A stretch of DNA of 63,971 nucleotides, the filler included, from Folioceros fuciformis (taxonomy: Eukaryota), in assembly GCA_049999805.1 (NCBI GenBank). It is 4 parts of 4 records of this genome, joined end to end, with 100 filler letters (N's around TTAATTAATTAA, not from the genome) between each part and the next. Parts side by side here need not be neighbours in the genome. Positions count along the whole stretch, not along the records: positions 28,648 to 53,564 come from JBNGIO010006285.1; 3 more parts are not named here. One strand, given 5' to 3'. This document shows positions 34,453 through 46,400 of the stretch, piece by piece (the stretch's first letter is position 1; every line of letters starts with the position of its first letter). Position numbers and translations under genes: made by a program. Under the pieces are notes generated by a model. It was not told the DNA's origin, did not search any database, and saw nothing but the letters and a program-made list of their open reading frames with translations.

Positions 34453-36007
34453 GTAGCAGATTCGGAGGCATGTATTTTTGAGCTGTTCCGCTATTGAGAA
34501 GTCCGAAACCTAACACAGGGTATCGTCATTCGTGGACTTCTGGGGCCTTGTATGTTTCAGCCAGTTACAGATGGATGCGATGCAAGTCCCACCCGATAAC
34601 CTGATATGGTGTTGAATACTTTTTCTGGCCCTGGAATGTATCCGGGCACTGAATCTGAGTCAAGATCAACAGATATGAGGCTTTAGTACTGTAGACTTGC
34701 ACTTGGAACGTTGCATTCTCGGATGCTCTGTAAGGGAGAGAGACAGCAAGGTGAAGGCAAGACAGTCCATGGTGACTCACCATCGTGTGAAGAATATCTT
34801 TAGTCTTCCCTCGTCCCTTGCCCACAGATGTGATCCTTCCCTGTTTAACATTTCATTGCAAGCTGTGGAGAGTAGAATGCTTTAGGGTAACTAACAGCAG
34901 AAGGCGTGATTGGAGCTACCATACAATGTGAACATACTATGTGGAACATGCCTCAGATATGTCGAATGGGGGTGGTTCGCGACATTACCGATTGATTTGG
35001 ACTGGCAGGATCATGTGTGCCTTTGTTTGTGTACGCGTGAGAGGAGTACTACTGCCAAGGTCCCCGCCCCCCTGCTTATCCCGGGATGTGCCCTGATGTG
35101 TAATACGTAATACAGAAGCTCCTTAGGCCTGTGATCTGGCGATTTTGCTTCTGCCTGATGCGCGCTTACCCGGCGCAGACTTTGAGTTCATCGTCTGTGC
35201 TGTATGAATTTGTGATAAAAGAAACAGTGTCATCTGTGCCCTTTCACTTATGTAGGGCTTCGTGCCTCTGGTCATGCGGATGTTGGACTCCAGCTGCACC
35301 TATCAACCGTGCATGGAATCCATGTAGGGTGAGTGACAGCTTTGTTCCTCATCAGGACAGAGCAGACTGACTGTCCTCGTACGGCCAGGTCCGCACTCAC
35401 TCCTGGTGTCCTAGCCCTCGCCACACTCCAGGGTCTTCTAGTCCAAGCACCTTCTCTTGAAGACTAATCAGGATTTGTTCAGTTTCGAGGCATAGGGCAA
35501 GAGCTGTTAGGAGTGCAGTTGGATTGATGCCATCCAAACAGCAAGGACGCCACTTGGAGAGGAGAGCACAGCTGCCAAGGGCCCTCAGGGACCGAGCCAG
35601 TCCGAGCCCGAGGACTGAGCAGGTGAAAACCAATTTCTTATCACGCCTGTCCCCAGTCTTTAAAGTTTTCGAACCTCATTTTGTTAAGGCCCCTGGTGTG
35701 AACCACATGCAGTATGTAGTTAGTGCTGGTTACATAGTAGGGGGGTTTTTTTATCAATTAAATTACATTTTTATGCATTACTGTTGATAATATGTAAAAT
35801 ATAACATAATAATTTATATCAAATACTACACTGTACTATGAGGGGTGATTTAATAGTGCAATGCAAGATTAAAATACTTTTACTATTTATATTTATTTTC
35901 AACTAATAAATGTATTAAATTTTAACACTTATGAGAATAGGTACTTAAGTGCAACCAAGTACACTTAACCCTAAACCCCCAAGTTAGACTTAGAGTTGCA
36001 CACAAGC

Positions 36008-36215
36008 CCTAGTTTGCTAAATCACTTCTGGTTTCTCAAACTAATTCTATTTTTACTTAATAAAATCCTAGTTTGCTATATCACTTTTAGTTTCTCAAAC
36101 TAATCCTACTTTTACTCAACAAAATCCTAGTTTGCTAAATCAGTTCTAGTTTCTCAAACCAATCCTATTTTCACCTAACAAAACCTTTGTTTCCTAACAA
36201 AGCTCTAGTTTCTTT
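36008..36215. repeat. Tandem repeat, ~59-bp unit x~3.5 in an AT-rich island
   Basis: Copies of cctagtttgctaaatcacttctagtttctcaaactaatcctatttttac...aaaat. Confidence 0.85.
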
Positions 36216-37464
36216 CATAAGTACTTACCCAATAAAATCATCTTTCTTGTTTGGGAAAGTTGGGGTTTTCTTCCAACCAAGGCTAGCACCAAGGATGGCA
36301 ACACACAAGCAATATTTGCTTACATCTACGTTACGTTTCAAAAAATGGAAAGAGAGGACAAAGATGCTAAAGCTACAAAAGATGTTGACTTGTTTGCTTC
36401 AAGAGTAGAAGCTGTCTTACACAAGGGGATACTAGAGATAGCATTTGTGTAGTGACCATTCACAAAACAACTACTTGTGAGTTGAATTTTCCACTTGCAA
36501 AGAGAATGAATCAAGAACATGGAAGTGCCAAGGCAGATGCACTTGAGAAACTTTGTGGTCCTTCGACTAATAGGGTTTAAGACCATTGATAACCTTGTGT
36601 GAAACTATTAGAAAGCACATAACTAACACATGAGTCCCACACACTTACTTCTGATTCTAATTAGTTTTAAGACCATTTATGGCCTCTAATGAAACTGAGT
36701 TAGAAAGCACACAAGATAGCACAACTAGCACATGGGTCATGCACACCTAGTTCAACTCGAAGACATGAGAATTGAAGTCTGCATAAAAGCTTGTAGTGAG
36801 TGAAAAATATGCAATGTCATGACCCATGTCATGTCATGACATGGGTCATGACATTGCTTATTACCACCCATGTTATCAACATGATTTCTTTGGGAATTGA
36901 GTTGTTGGATTGCAATGAAGAAATGTTGAACATCAACAGGAGCTTCAATAAGTAGAAGTAGGCTTGCACCAACTTTTAAACCAAACAAAAAAAGTTTCAA
37001 TCAAAGAGTTAGCTAGGAAGAAATGAGATAGGGGCCCATTAGCACAGCAAGCTAGAAAGTGATTGTTTTGGAATCAACGTTTCCTCTCTCTCTACTATGA
37101 ACTGGAAGTAATTATACAGATTTTACTTATAAATATAAACAAAAGGAAAGAAAAGAAAGCGAGTAGCCTCCACGTGGAGCGACGTGAGGTCAGGGAGCCG
37201 GGGGTCAAAGGACAATCCGTGTCTGCGAGCTCGAATTCCTGCGCCGCCTTCGGGCCAGCAGCGGTCTATGACTCCGGGCGTGACGACACCGGAGTTGCGA
37301 AAAGTGGGCCCGAGGATGAGGCTGTGCGTGTGGTGGGGACCTTCTTAGCGCGTCCCTTGCTTGGACGATCAGGAGGTGGAAGGAATGTAGCACAAGAGCG
37401 GAGCAGCAGCAGTCCTCGACAGGAATTTGATCGCCATGCTGTAGCCCGAATGTGAGAGCAGACG

Positions 37465-39981
37465 ATGCAAGAGCGGCAGAGGCCTCTGGCATTAGGAAAT
37501 CCAGTGTTGCTGGCGCGGAAGTGGATCGTGGCAATTCTTGTTGTTGCTTGCGTCGCATGCTCACCGGCTGCTGGAGATGGCTGGATCATGGCGGACGCGG
37601 TGAACAGGAGCGCAGTGTGCCCGGGGCACTGCTTGACTGTGAACCAGACGGCGGCGGGAAGCGGCGGGAGCTACCGAGGCCAGATCGTGGGATTCGCGCC
37701 TTGCACTGCTGCGTCTGGACCGGGTGCACAGATATGGAGCTACGATCCCGGGAGCAAGACCATCTCCGTCCAACAGCCGCAGCTTGGGATTCCGGCCTGC
37801 CTGGAGGTGCAGTCGAATGTGCCCGGTTTGTTTTTGGGAGTGTGTGCCTCCCCCGCGCCGAGGAGGCAGTTGTGGAGGATTGATGACGGAAATGCGTCCA
37901 TCCTCAGCCTGGCCTTCTTCCCCGAGAAAGCACTTGGGATGAGTGTCAGGGCGGGCGGATTGTCTTGGCGGGATGCTGCTCTGGTAGGAATCGTCGGGGA
38001 CGGGAAGAATTACACCACTGTCATGTCGTTGGTGACTCCTGTGCCTGCGCTGGACGCCGCCAGTGCGCCGTTCCCTGTCCGGGGTAACCTAGTCAGTAAC
38101 GGCGGATTCGAGAGGTGTAGCTATGACGTGTTGGAAGGTCCCACGGCCGTTACGCTGTCCACGGAGGACTTCTTTGGTCCTTGCTTCTGGAGTATCGGAG
38201 ATGGCCGGGTGCAGATCTTCGGGCCTGGGAGGGAGATTGTGGAAGGAAACCTGGCCCTGGCCCTCGGCGGGGATACTCTTACGGGGAGCGTGTCTCAGGC
38301 ACTTCACACGGAGCCGCTTTTGAACTACTTGATGAGCTTCTTGATGTCAGCCAATTCCAGCTGCGGCGATGATGTGAAGAGGATGGAGGTGACGGCGGTG
38401 TCTTCCGGGCTTCGTTTCACCTCGACGCAGTCGTTCAATTCTTCTGGTTTCAGTGACCGTGACATGGGATGGACTCTCAGGCTTCTGCAGTTTACAGCCG
38501 CGGATACAGTTACCAATGTCAGCTTCCGTAGCCTGGAGGGGGATGCCTGCGGGCCATTTATCGATGATGTGAGAGTGCAGCCATTCTTGCTAGGCTTGGC
38601 CCCTCCAGCGCCACCACCTCTGAGTCAGGCGGTTTGCAATTGTGCATTTTGGGGCGGAGGTGAGTTTGATGCAAAGTTTTCTGTGCACAGACTGTAGACT
38701 GCAAAGGGTAGGATTAGCTTTCCTGCTGGCCCTTGTCCTGGATCTCATATCTTCGTGTGCCACAGCGTCAGCCATCATTGCAGCTGCCGTAGCAGCTTTT
38801 TGCGCGGGCATTGCTGTCTTCGCCTTCTGGTACGTTGCTTCCAGAGAACCGAGGAAACATTCTGGAGGGAATAACAGGGCTAATGTTGAAGGAAACAACC
38901 TCTCTGTTAGTACAGCGAATGGGCTCTATCCCAACTCGACACGTCGCACGGTTTTTACTTATGATGAAATCAATCTTGCCACTCGTGGTTTCTCTACTGG
39001 GCTGGGAGTGGGGACCCGTGCAATTGCGTATCTTGCTACATTGGAGCCTGAGCACATTAGAGCTGTCGTGAAGAGAGAGTACAAGACGGGGAGGCTCAGC
39101 GATCACGAGTTCATGGAGGAGGTGGCCATGCTGTTACGAGTGGAACACGGCAGCATCGTCCACTTTTTGGGCTTTTGCAAGGAGCAAGGTAGGTTTCGGA
39201 GTAACCCAATTTCGCAACTATGTTCACTGCTCCCAGCACTGGGTGCACAGTCTCACATACTTGCTCTGCAGGTGAACATATTCTTGTGTACGAGTACATG
39301 GAGGGAGGCAGCTTGCACGACCGTCTGCATTCAGATTCCAATCCTGCCCTCGAATGGACCGACAGAACCAAGATAGCTCTGGATGTCGCTGCAGGGCTGG
39401 AATATCTCCATCACGAGGCTTCTCCAAGCATTCTACATGGCAATCTCAGCTCACGTAATGTGCTTCTCACAGCCCGCCTCCACGCTAAGCTCATGGACTT
39501 CGGGTCATCAAGGTCTGTACAGAGAACCGACCAGCGGACTCCTAACCACAGACTCGCACCTATTGCTGACTACGTGGATCCCGTCGTGTTAAGGAATGAA
39601 GCCACCTACAATAAGAAATCAGATGTATATGGTTTTGGGGTTCTGCTTCTCGAGCTTTTGACAGGGTTGCCAGCAGCCAACGTGGTGCTTGAGGCAAGAG
39701 AACGCCCGCGCTTCAAAGACAAAATGCAGGAGCTTTTGGAGCCCAGGTTGGACGGCCGCAGTTCCCCCCGAGAGGTGGAGATGCTCATCGAAGTGGCGCA
39801 AAAGTGCATGCATCAGACCGAGGAAGACAGGCCATCTATGCAACAAGTGTGCAAGCTGCTGGAGGACTCCGCGGCTGCACCTTCTGGCGAGATCCAACGG
39901 GCACCAACAGACGCCGGGACTGGCGCAATACAGCTTGATTCTCTTTCCTGGAATGCCCTAATGCCGTACCCAACAGGCTAG
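37465..39981 (+). CDS. Receptor-like kinase: signal peptide, ricin-B lectin-like domain, DUF642 domain, TM and atypical kinase domain; 3 exons
   Basis: Hydrophobic N-terminus; CLTV...QIW / CLEV...QLW repeats; NLVSNGGFE...CGPFIDDVRV; TM AIIAAAVAAFCAGIAVFAFWYV; kinase motifs LVYEYM, HGNLSSRN, DFG and SDVYGFGV. Introns ~38660-38766 and ~39188-39271 are phase-compatible. Confidence 0.88.
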
Positions 39982-40414
39982 CTAACCTTCCCCCAACATT
40001 AGGTCGCCTAAGTTATCAACCCTCTTTCCGTTCACCAGGTGACAAAGCGAGTAGCACGTAGCCCATGAGGTAACAGCCCCTCCCCGACATGAGAGCCTGA
40101 AGTCGGGAAAATCCTGCCCAGAAGCGTCCAGACCGCGACCGGAAGGAAGGAAGCAAGCAAGGCAGCGGAAGCACGAGCTGTAGCTATTTTAGGCGAAGCA
40201 GGAAACCGCCATTGGACCATTCATGCCCCGGGTAAAGCTTTGTTACTTTTTGCGTCTTGCCGAGTATTTGGCCATTGCCATTTGTGACTTCCGAGGTTGT
40301 TTCCATTTCTAAGTTTCTCATTTCACACTTAATACCGTATGCAGGTTACATATACATATATATATATGTGCACAGAATGATTCACCCACACCGTTAGGGT
40401 TAGAAGCTGGTAGT

Positions 40415-42130
40415 ATGGAGGTCGTTCGGCGGGTGAGCGAGACGGACGTGGTGGACTGGGTGGCTGCGTCGACACATCCTCAGCTGGCCAAAGACGCTGC
40501 GCAGCACACCTTCTCTTCGATAGTCTCCAGAGTTGCAGCCTCCAAAGTTACAGCCTCTAGAGTTCCATCCTCCGCTGGTTCCCAGTCGTATACCCAGTCC
40601 CAGTTGTATACCCAGGGCTTCGACTTCGAGCAAATTTGGCAGCAGATCGATGTCCAGGAGACGTCCCTGAGGCGGAACTTCAGTCGGTGGCAAAAGCGCC
40701 TGGACTCTGCTAACTCTGATATTATCATCCCCATCCCGGACGCCAATGGCTTCCAGCAGGAGCGGGATCAGCTGGAGGAGACCCCGCTGTCCGAGGTGGA
40801 GCCGCAGCAGCAGTCGAGGAGGAAGGCGAAGCCAAGGAAGCAGCAGGATGGACAGTTGCCTCCCTCACACGATGACGATGGCGATGGCGGGGAGGACGCT
40901 CCGCAGGGCCCTACGAGAGCTATTGAAGACTCGTTTCTCAATTTGAGCGAGATGGAGAAGTTTCTGGACCAGGCAGATATGGAGGATGAAGGCCCGGGCC
41001 GTCTGCCGGATTCCGCTGACGATGCGTTCGATTTTACTGAGGAGTTGGAGTACCTGGATGACGAACAACAGCCGCGGTACGAGGATTTTTTTGGCGGTCG
41101 AAGGGGCTTGTCCAGGAAGAAAGCTGAGGCTGCAAGATCTTCTGAGGGCGTGGAGGATGTTGAGGATGCGGCGGGCGAGACGGATGAAGACGAGGACGAG
41201 GAGGGGTTACAGCACTTGGATGGATCGGAAGATGGGGATGGTGAGTTGGAGGAGGAGGAGGGTGCGCCTGCGAGGAATTCCCTTTCAGCGCATGAGAAGC
41301 GGATGGCAAAGATGCAGGAGCAAATCGAGCAGCTGGAGCAGGCCAACTTGGGGGACAAGCATTGGACTTTGAAAGGGGAGGTAAGCGCCTCCACGAGGCC
41401 TTATCGCAGTTTGGAGATGGACGATGACGGGATTCCACTCGTAGACTTGGATTTTGACCGAAGGGCAAGGCCGCCTCCTGTGGTTACAGAAGAAGGCAAC
41501 AAGTCCATCGAAGACATTATTCGTTCTCGTGTTATCGCTGGCCAGTTTGACGATGTCGAGCGGAAAGCTCCACTGGCACCTGTGGCATCAAAGGTGGTGA
41601 TTGAGCTGGACGAGGAGAAGAGTAAGAAAGGGCTGGGTGACATTTATGAGGCAGAATATGTGCAGAAGACCAAAGGCCTGACTGTGGCTTCCAATTCCAG
41701 TTTGGAGAAGAAAAAAGAGGAGGCTAGGCTCTCTTTCAAGAGGCTGTTTGCCAAGCTGGATGCTTTGTCCCATTTTCATTTTGTTCCGAAGCCTGCTGTA
41801 CCGGACCTGGCCGTTAAGGCTGATGTTCCTGCTCTTGCCATGGAGGAGGTGGCACCAGTAGCTGTAGCAGATGCATCCATGCTGGCACCCGAAGAGATAT
41901 TTGCCGGTAAAGGAGCAGTCAAGGCTGAAGCCGAGTTCACGCATGAGGACCGGCAACGAAGACGGGCTACCAAGAAGCGGCAGCGCAGGTTGGCCAGGAA
42001 GGCAGCTCAGCCCTTAAAGAATCAAACAGCTTCAGCAGGGCCATTGACGAGACCCAAAGCTTCTGCTGCATCTGGCAATTTTGGCAAGTCCTCGAAGGTA
42101 TTTGCTGGCCTTCAGCAAATGAAAGGTTAA
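40415..42130 (+). CDS. MPP10: U3 snoRNP protein MPP10, single exon
   Basis: GFDFEQIWQQI, acidic middle region, WTLKGEV...RP, FDDVERK, KSKKGLGDIYE, KLDALSHFHFVPKP, MEEVAP and LAPEE. Confidence 0.93.
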   Translation: MEVVRRVSETDVVDWVAASTHPQLAKDAAQHTFSSIVSRVAASKVTASRVPSSAGSQSYTQSQLYTQGFDFEQIWQQIDVQETSLRRNFSRWQKRLDSANSDIIIPIPDANGFQQERDQLEETPLSEVEPQQQSRRKAKPRKQQDGQLPPSHDDDGDGGEDAPQGPTRAIEDSFLNLSEMEKFLDQADMEDEGPGRLPDSADDAFDFTEELEYLDDEQQPRYEDFFGGRRGLSRKKAEAARSSEGVEDVEDAAGETDEDEDEEGLQHLDGSEDGDGELEEEEGAPARNSLSAHEKRMAKMQEQIEQLEQANLGDKHWTLKGEVSASTRPYRSLEMDDDGIPLVDLDFDRRARPPPVVTEEGNKSIEDIIRSRVIAGQFDDVERKAPLAPVASKVVIELDEEKSKKGLGDIYEAEYVQKTKGLTVASNSSLEKKKEEARLSFKRLFAKLDALSHFHFVPKPAVPDLAVKADVPALAMEEVAPVAVADASMLAPEEIFAGKGAVKAEAEFTHEDRQRRRATKKRQRRLARKAAQPLKNQTASAGPLTRPKASAASGNFGKSSKVFAGLQQMKG

Positions 42131-43410
42131 GCGAGCATTTGAGATATTCTCTAAAGATTTGGCCAAAATGGAGCAAGCTGCTCGGTGGGTCAATCAAAAA
42201 GGCTTCGGGGTTATTTATGCTCGAATCAGTCCGTGGAGCTCCTCTGCCTCACGGATGGAAAGTAGTTGTGGCGTCTGAGTACTCGCCCACCTGAAAGGGA
42301 GCACTCAGACCATGTGCATGCTCGCCGAAATGGCATGGGCCTAACTCGACCTTGGGCGTTTTTCTTCATGGGCCTAACTCGACCGTGGGCTTTTTTTTTT
42401 TTCCTGGGTCTCTCTTTCAAAATGATCTGTCTCGGTCACAGTGAGGATACACATTGAAACCGGGGCCCAGGTCAGGAAGCTTTTGCTTTGGCTGCGACTA
42501 CACCATAGTGGCCTTTGGATTCTGCCCCAAGCGGGCTACGCTGGCAAAAATGTCTTCCGGCCGAAACACTAGGAGCAGTGTTTGGAGGAGCCATTGTTCG
42601 TGGGTCTGGACCACACTGCTGCAGCTACACACCTCGTACAGTTTTGTGTCTCCTTTATGACCACAGGTACAATTACGGATTCTCTTTTTAACGGGGCTAA
42701 ATCTTGGGCACTAGAGCTTCATCGTAATCCTCGCCTGTTCAACTTGCGGGACATCGAATCTGAGGTACAGATTGCAACATTTATGTTTTGCCGTAATCCT
42801 AAGGAAAGCCCGGACGCACTCCGGAACTGACGGGGACTCTTGGATGTGGGGTCTTGTTTTACACGGAAAAGCAATTTGAACAAAGAGTTTTAAGTGTCCC
42901 TACGTCAATTGAATTAAAGCCACGTATGGTGTCATGTGTCAGTCTTGCTGCTTGCAACGTTCGTCTCTCGAAACGAGAAGAACATCGCAATGCGGAATTG
43001 TCGGTGAGTCCGGACATCTTCTTTTATTTGGTCGATTACTAATAGATTCACTCAAAGGGAAGGAAAAACGTGCCTTATGGCGTCCTCAAGCAGCCTGACC
43101 GCGTAGTCTCCAAAGAGCCAGGAACTGGAATCCCACACAGGAAGGAAGGACGTAAGCCGCCTCGTCGCCTGTCGATAAGGAAGACTTTGTCATGATAAGT
43201 ACTGTATTGGGAAAATTATGTGTTTTTGTCTTATATTTAAGATTCCATTTGTTCTCAGAGCGATACAAATTCTCGTTGGATTCAAATCCTTTGGGTTGGG
43301 TTGAATTGGTTTGGGGCTCATCGGAGCCAGTCCGCATGGGGTGGTGATGCACAGTCCATTGTCGGAATCATCTTCCGCAGCTTCCGACTTCCGAGAGTGG
43401 TCCCTGAACG

Positions 43411-46400
43411 ATGGCCACGGTATGGCAACCGGACCCGTTGTGGACCCAACAAAATGGGGTGTTTATGGGAATGATACGAGGAGCTCCCGCGCAATTCATC
43501 TTCGGGAGTAAATCACTGCCAAACAAAGCCTCCAGCTGCAGCAGTGTAAGGAGCTCAGCACTTCCACTTGCGAGAAATTGTGCGGGTGGAGACGGTTTTC
43601 CCAACGATGACGTTTGCCAGGAGCAGGAGAACTTGTGGCAACAATTCTTTCTCGACCCTACTATGTGGTGGGACAACAGACGAGACAAGAAGAGCTTGAG
43701 GTCGCCTGACTTCCGGCGCAAGCGATCCGGCGAGGTCCTGTGGTTAAACAACATGTTTAAGCCAGCCTGGGTTGATGAGCAGCTCGTTTCCTTGGATATG
43801 CAGATGGGTCGTGCTGCCTCTCCTCCCAACGCGAGCAATTGGGATAATCCTGAATCTGGGAGGCGTGTGGAATCGGAAATGGGCTCCAGCTGCAGGAATG
43901 CAAGGAGCCCAACACTTCCAATTCCGGGGAACTGGGTGAGTGGGGACGGGATTTCCAACGATGGCCGCCGCCAGGAGCAGGGGCTCCTGTTGCAACAATT
44001 TTTTCAGGATTCTAGCATGTTGTTCGACAACAGGCGAGATAAAACGAGATCCCAGTTGCCGGAATTCCGGCGTAAGAGGTCCGGGGAGGTCCTGTGGTTA
44101 AACAGCATGTACAAGCGAACTTGGGTTGATGAGGAGCTCGATTCCTTGGATATGCGGATGGGTCATGGTTCCTCTCCTTCCAAGTCGAGCTCTGTGGATA
44201 AGCCTGAACCGGGAAGTCGTGCAAGATCAGAAATGGGTGTCATAACAGCTGCAACCGTGAGCATGCTATGTGAGCAGGGGAAGCTTTCTGAGGCCGTTGG
44301 AGCCCTGGAGTCTCTGGCGCAGGCAGACTCTGCTATTTCCCAGTCTCTGTTTTACACTGTGCTCAAGCTTTGCACAGCTAAGAAGGATTTGGTTGTGGGG
44401 CGACGAGTTCATGACCTCACTGTCAAAAGTGGGTATGAGTCTAGTGCATACTTGGGAAACCACATCTTGCGCATGTATGCATTTGGAGGTAGGCTGCAGG
44501 AGGCCATGGATGTGTTCACCAGGGTCGGCAAACCAAATATCTTCATGTGGGTTTCCATAATCTCGGCACATGCTAAGCACGGGAAACCTAAGGAGGCCAT
44601 ACAACTCTACCATGAGATGCGCAGGTCTGGAGTGAAGGCGAATGGCCACGTCTTTGTAGCTGCCCTCCAGGCTTGTGCAATTGCTGCTGACTTGGAATCC
44701 GGCAGAAAAGTGCACTGTGATGTGTTGCACAGTGGCACTTCTACTGACTTGTTTGTTGGCAATTCTCTGGTGGACATGTATGCAAAATGTGGTGAACTGA
44801 AAGATGCATTCCAGGTTTTTGAAAGCATGGCCGAAAAGGACGTGGTAACATGGACGGCGCTGATATCTGGGTACGTAAAGTGTGGTGAACTGAAAGATGC
44901 ACGCCAGGTTTTTGACAGTATGAGCACGAAGAATGTAGTGACATGGACTACGCTGATAGGTGGGTATGCCGAGCAAGGGCTCGGACATGAATCGCTTGTC
45001 CTGTATGGACAAATGGAGCAGGAGGGCCTTATTTTGGCGGACTCTGTCACCTTTGCTTGCCTTCTGAAGGCCTGCGCAAGCACTGGTGCCTTACACAAGG
45101 GCAGGCAGCTGCACTCACAGATTGTTGAGCGAGGACTTTTGGATAATGTTCTGTTGGGCAACTGCCTCGTGGACATGTATGCGAAATGTGGAGAACTGGA
45201 AGATGCACGCCAGGTTTTTGATAGTTTAGCAACAAAGGATGTGGTCACATGGAATGCCCTGATAGCTGGGTATGCGCAGCAAGGACTTGGCCAAGAGGCA
45301 CTAGTTGTGTATGGGGAAATGGAGCAGGATGGCCTGATTTTCGCAAACCATGTTACTTTTGCTTGCCTTCTGAAGGCCTGTGCAAGCAGTGGCGCTTTAC
45401 AAAAGGGCAGGCAGCTGCACTTAAAGATAGTTGAAAGAGGACTACTGGATAATGTGTTGGTGGGGACCTGCCTAGTGGACATGTATGCAAAGTGTGGTGA
45501 ACTGAAATGTGCACGCCGGGTTTTTGACAGCATGAACACGAAGAATGTAGTCACATGGAATGCCTTAATATCTGGATATGGTACTTCTGATGATGGTCAG
45601 GGAGCAATAGCTTGTTTTGAGGAGATGTGTGTTGCCGGTATTCAGCCTGATGGTGCTACTTTTACTTGCCTTTTAGTAGCGTGCAGTCATGAGGGACTAG
45701 TCCATGAGGGTCGCAAGTACTTTGATTCCATGGCTGAAAACCATGGCATCAAACCTACTGTCGAGCATTATACCTGCATGATTGATCTTCTTGGGCGTGC
45801 AGGCCATTTGGATGAGGCGGAGAAGATGCTATTGTCATGCAAGGGCCATAGTTATGTTGTGGGATTGACGTCGTTGTTGAATGCCTGTAGAAGTCATGGG
45901 GATATAAAGAGGGCAATGTGGTGTTTCGAAAGCATCGTAAGGCTGGATCCCCGGGAGGCGCCCGCCTATGTGCTCATGGCGAATGCCTACGCTGATGCAG
46001 GTAGGTGGACTGATGTGGACAGGATTGAAGTACAGAGAAGGGTGGCAGGAGCTACCAAAAAACCTGCTGTGGCGAGCATTGAGGTGAACAAGCAGGTGCA
46101 CCGATTTTTGGTGGGAGAAAAGAGAGGGGATATTATGCTCAAGGTGGACAGCACGAATGCCCGCGTGAAGCACGAAGGGGGCCACGTACCTCACACAAAG
46201 TTAGTGTTGAAGCCACTATGTGAGAAGGAGAAGGAGGATGTGCTTTGTGGGCATGCTGAGAAGCTAGCGCTGGCGTTTGGTCTTTTGAACAGTCCCAGTG
46301 GAACACCTCTGGTGGTTACCAAGAATCTACGCATGTGCAGTGACTGCCACAATTCGACGGAGATCATATCAAGGCTTGAACAGAGAGACATTGTTGTAAG

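Noticed and set aside
42334-42400. 33-bp direct duplication containing TGGGCC/TGGGCT site II-like motifs
   Set aside because: Short, about 1 kb from the next ATG, and function cannot be supported from sequence alone.
44266-45554. Long antisense ORFs (248 and 315 aa) opposite the PPR gene; similar ones opposite MPP10 and the first PPR
   Set aside because: Shadow ORFs produced by repetitive, codon-biased sense coding sequence.
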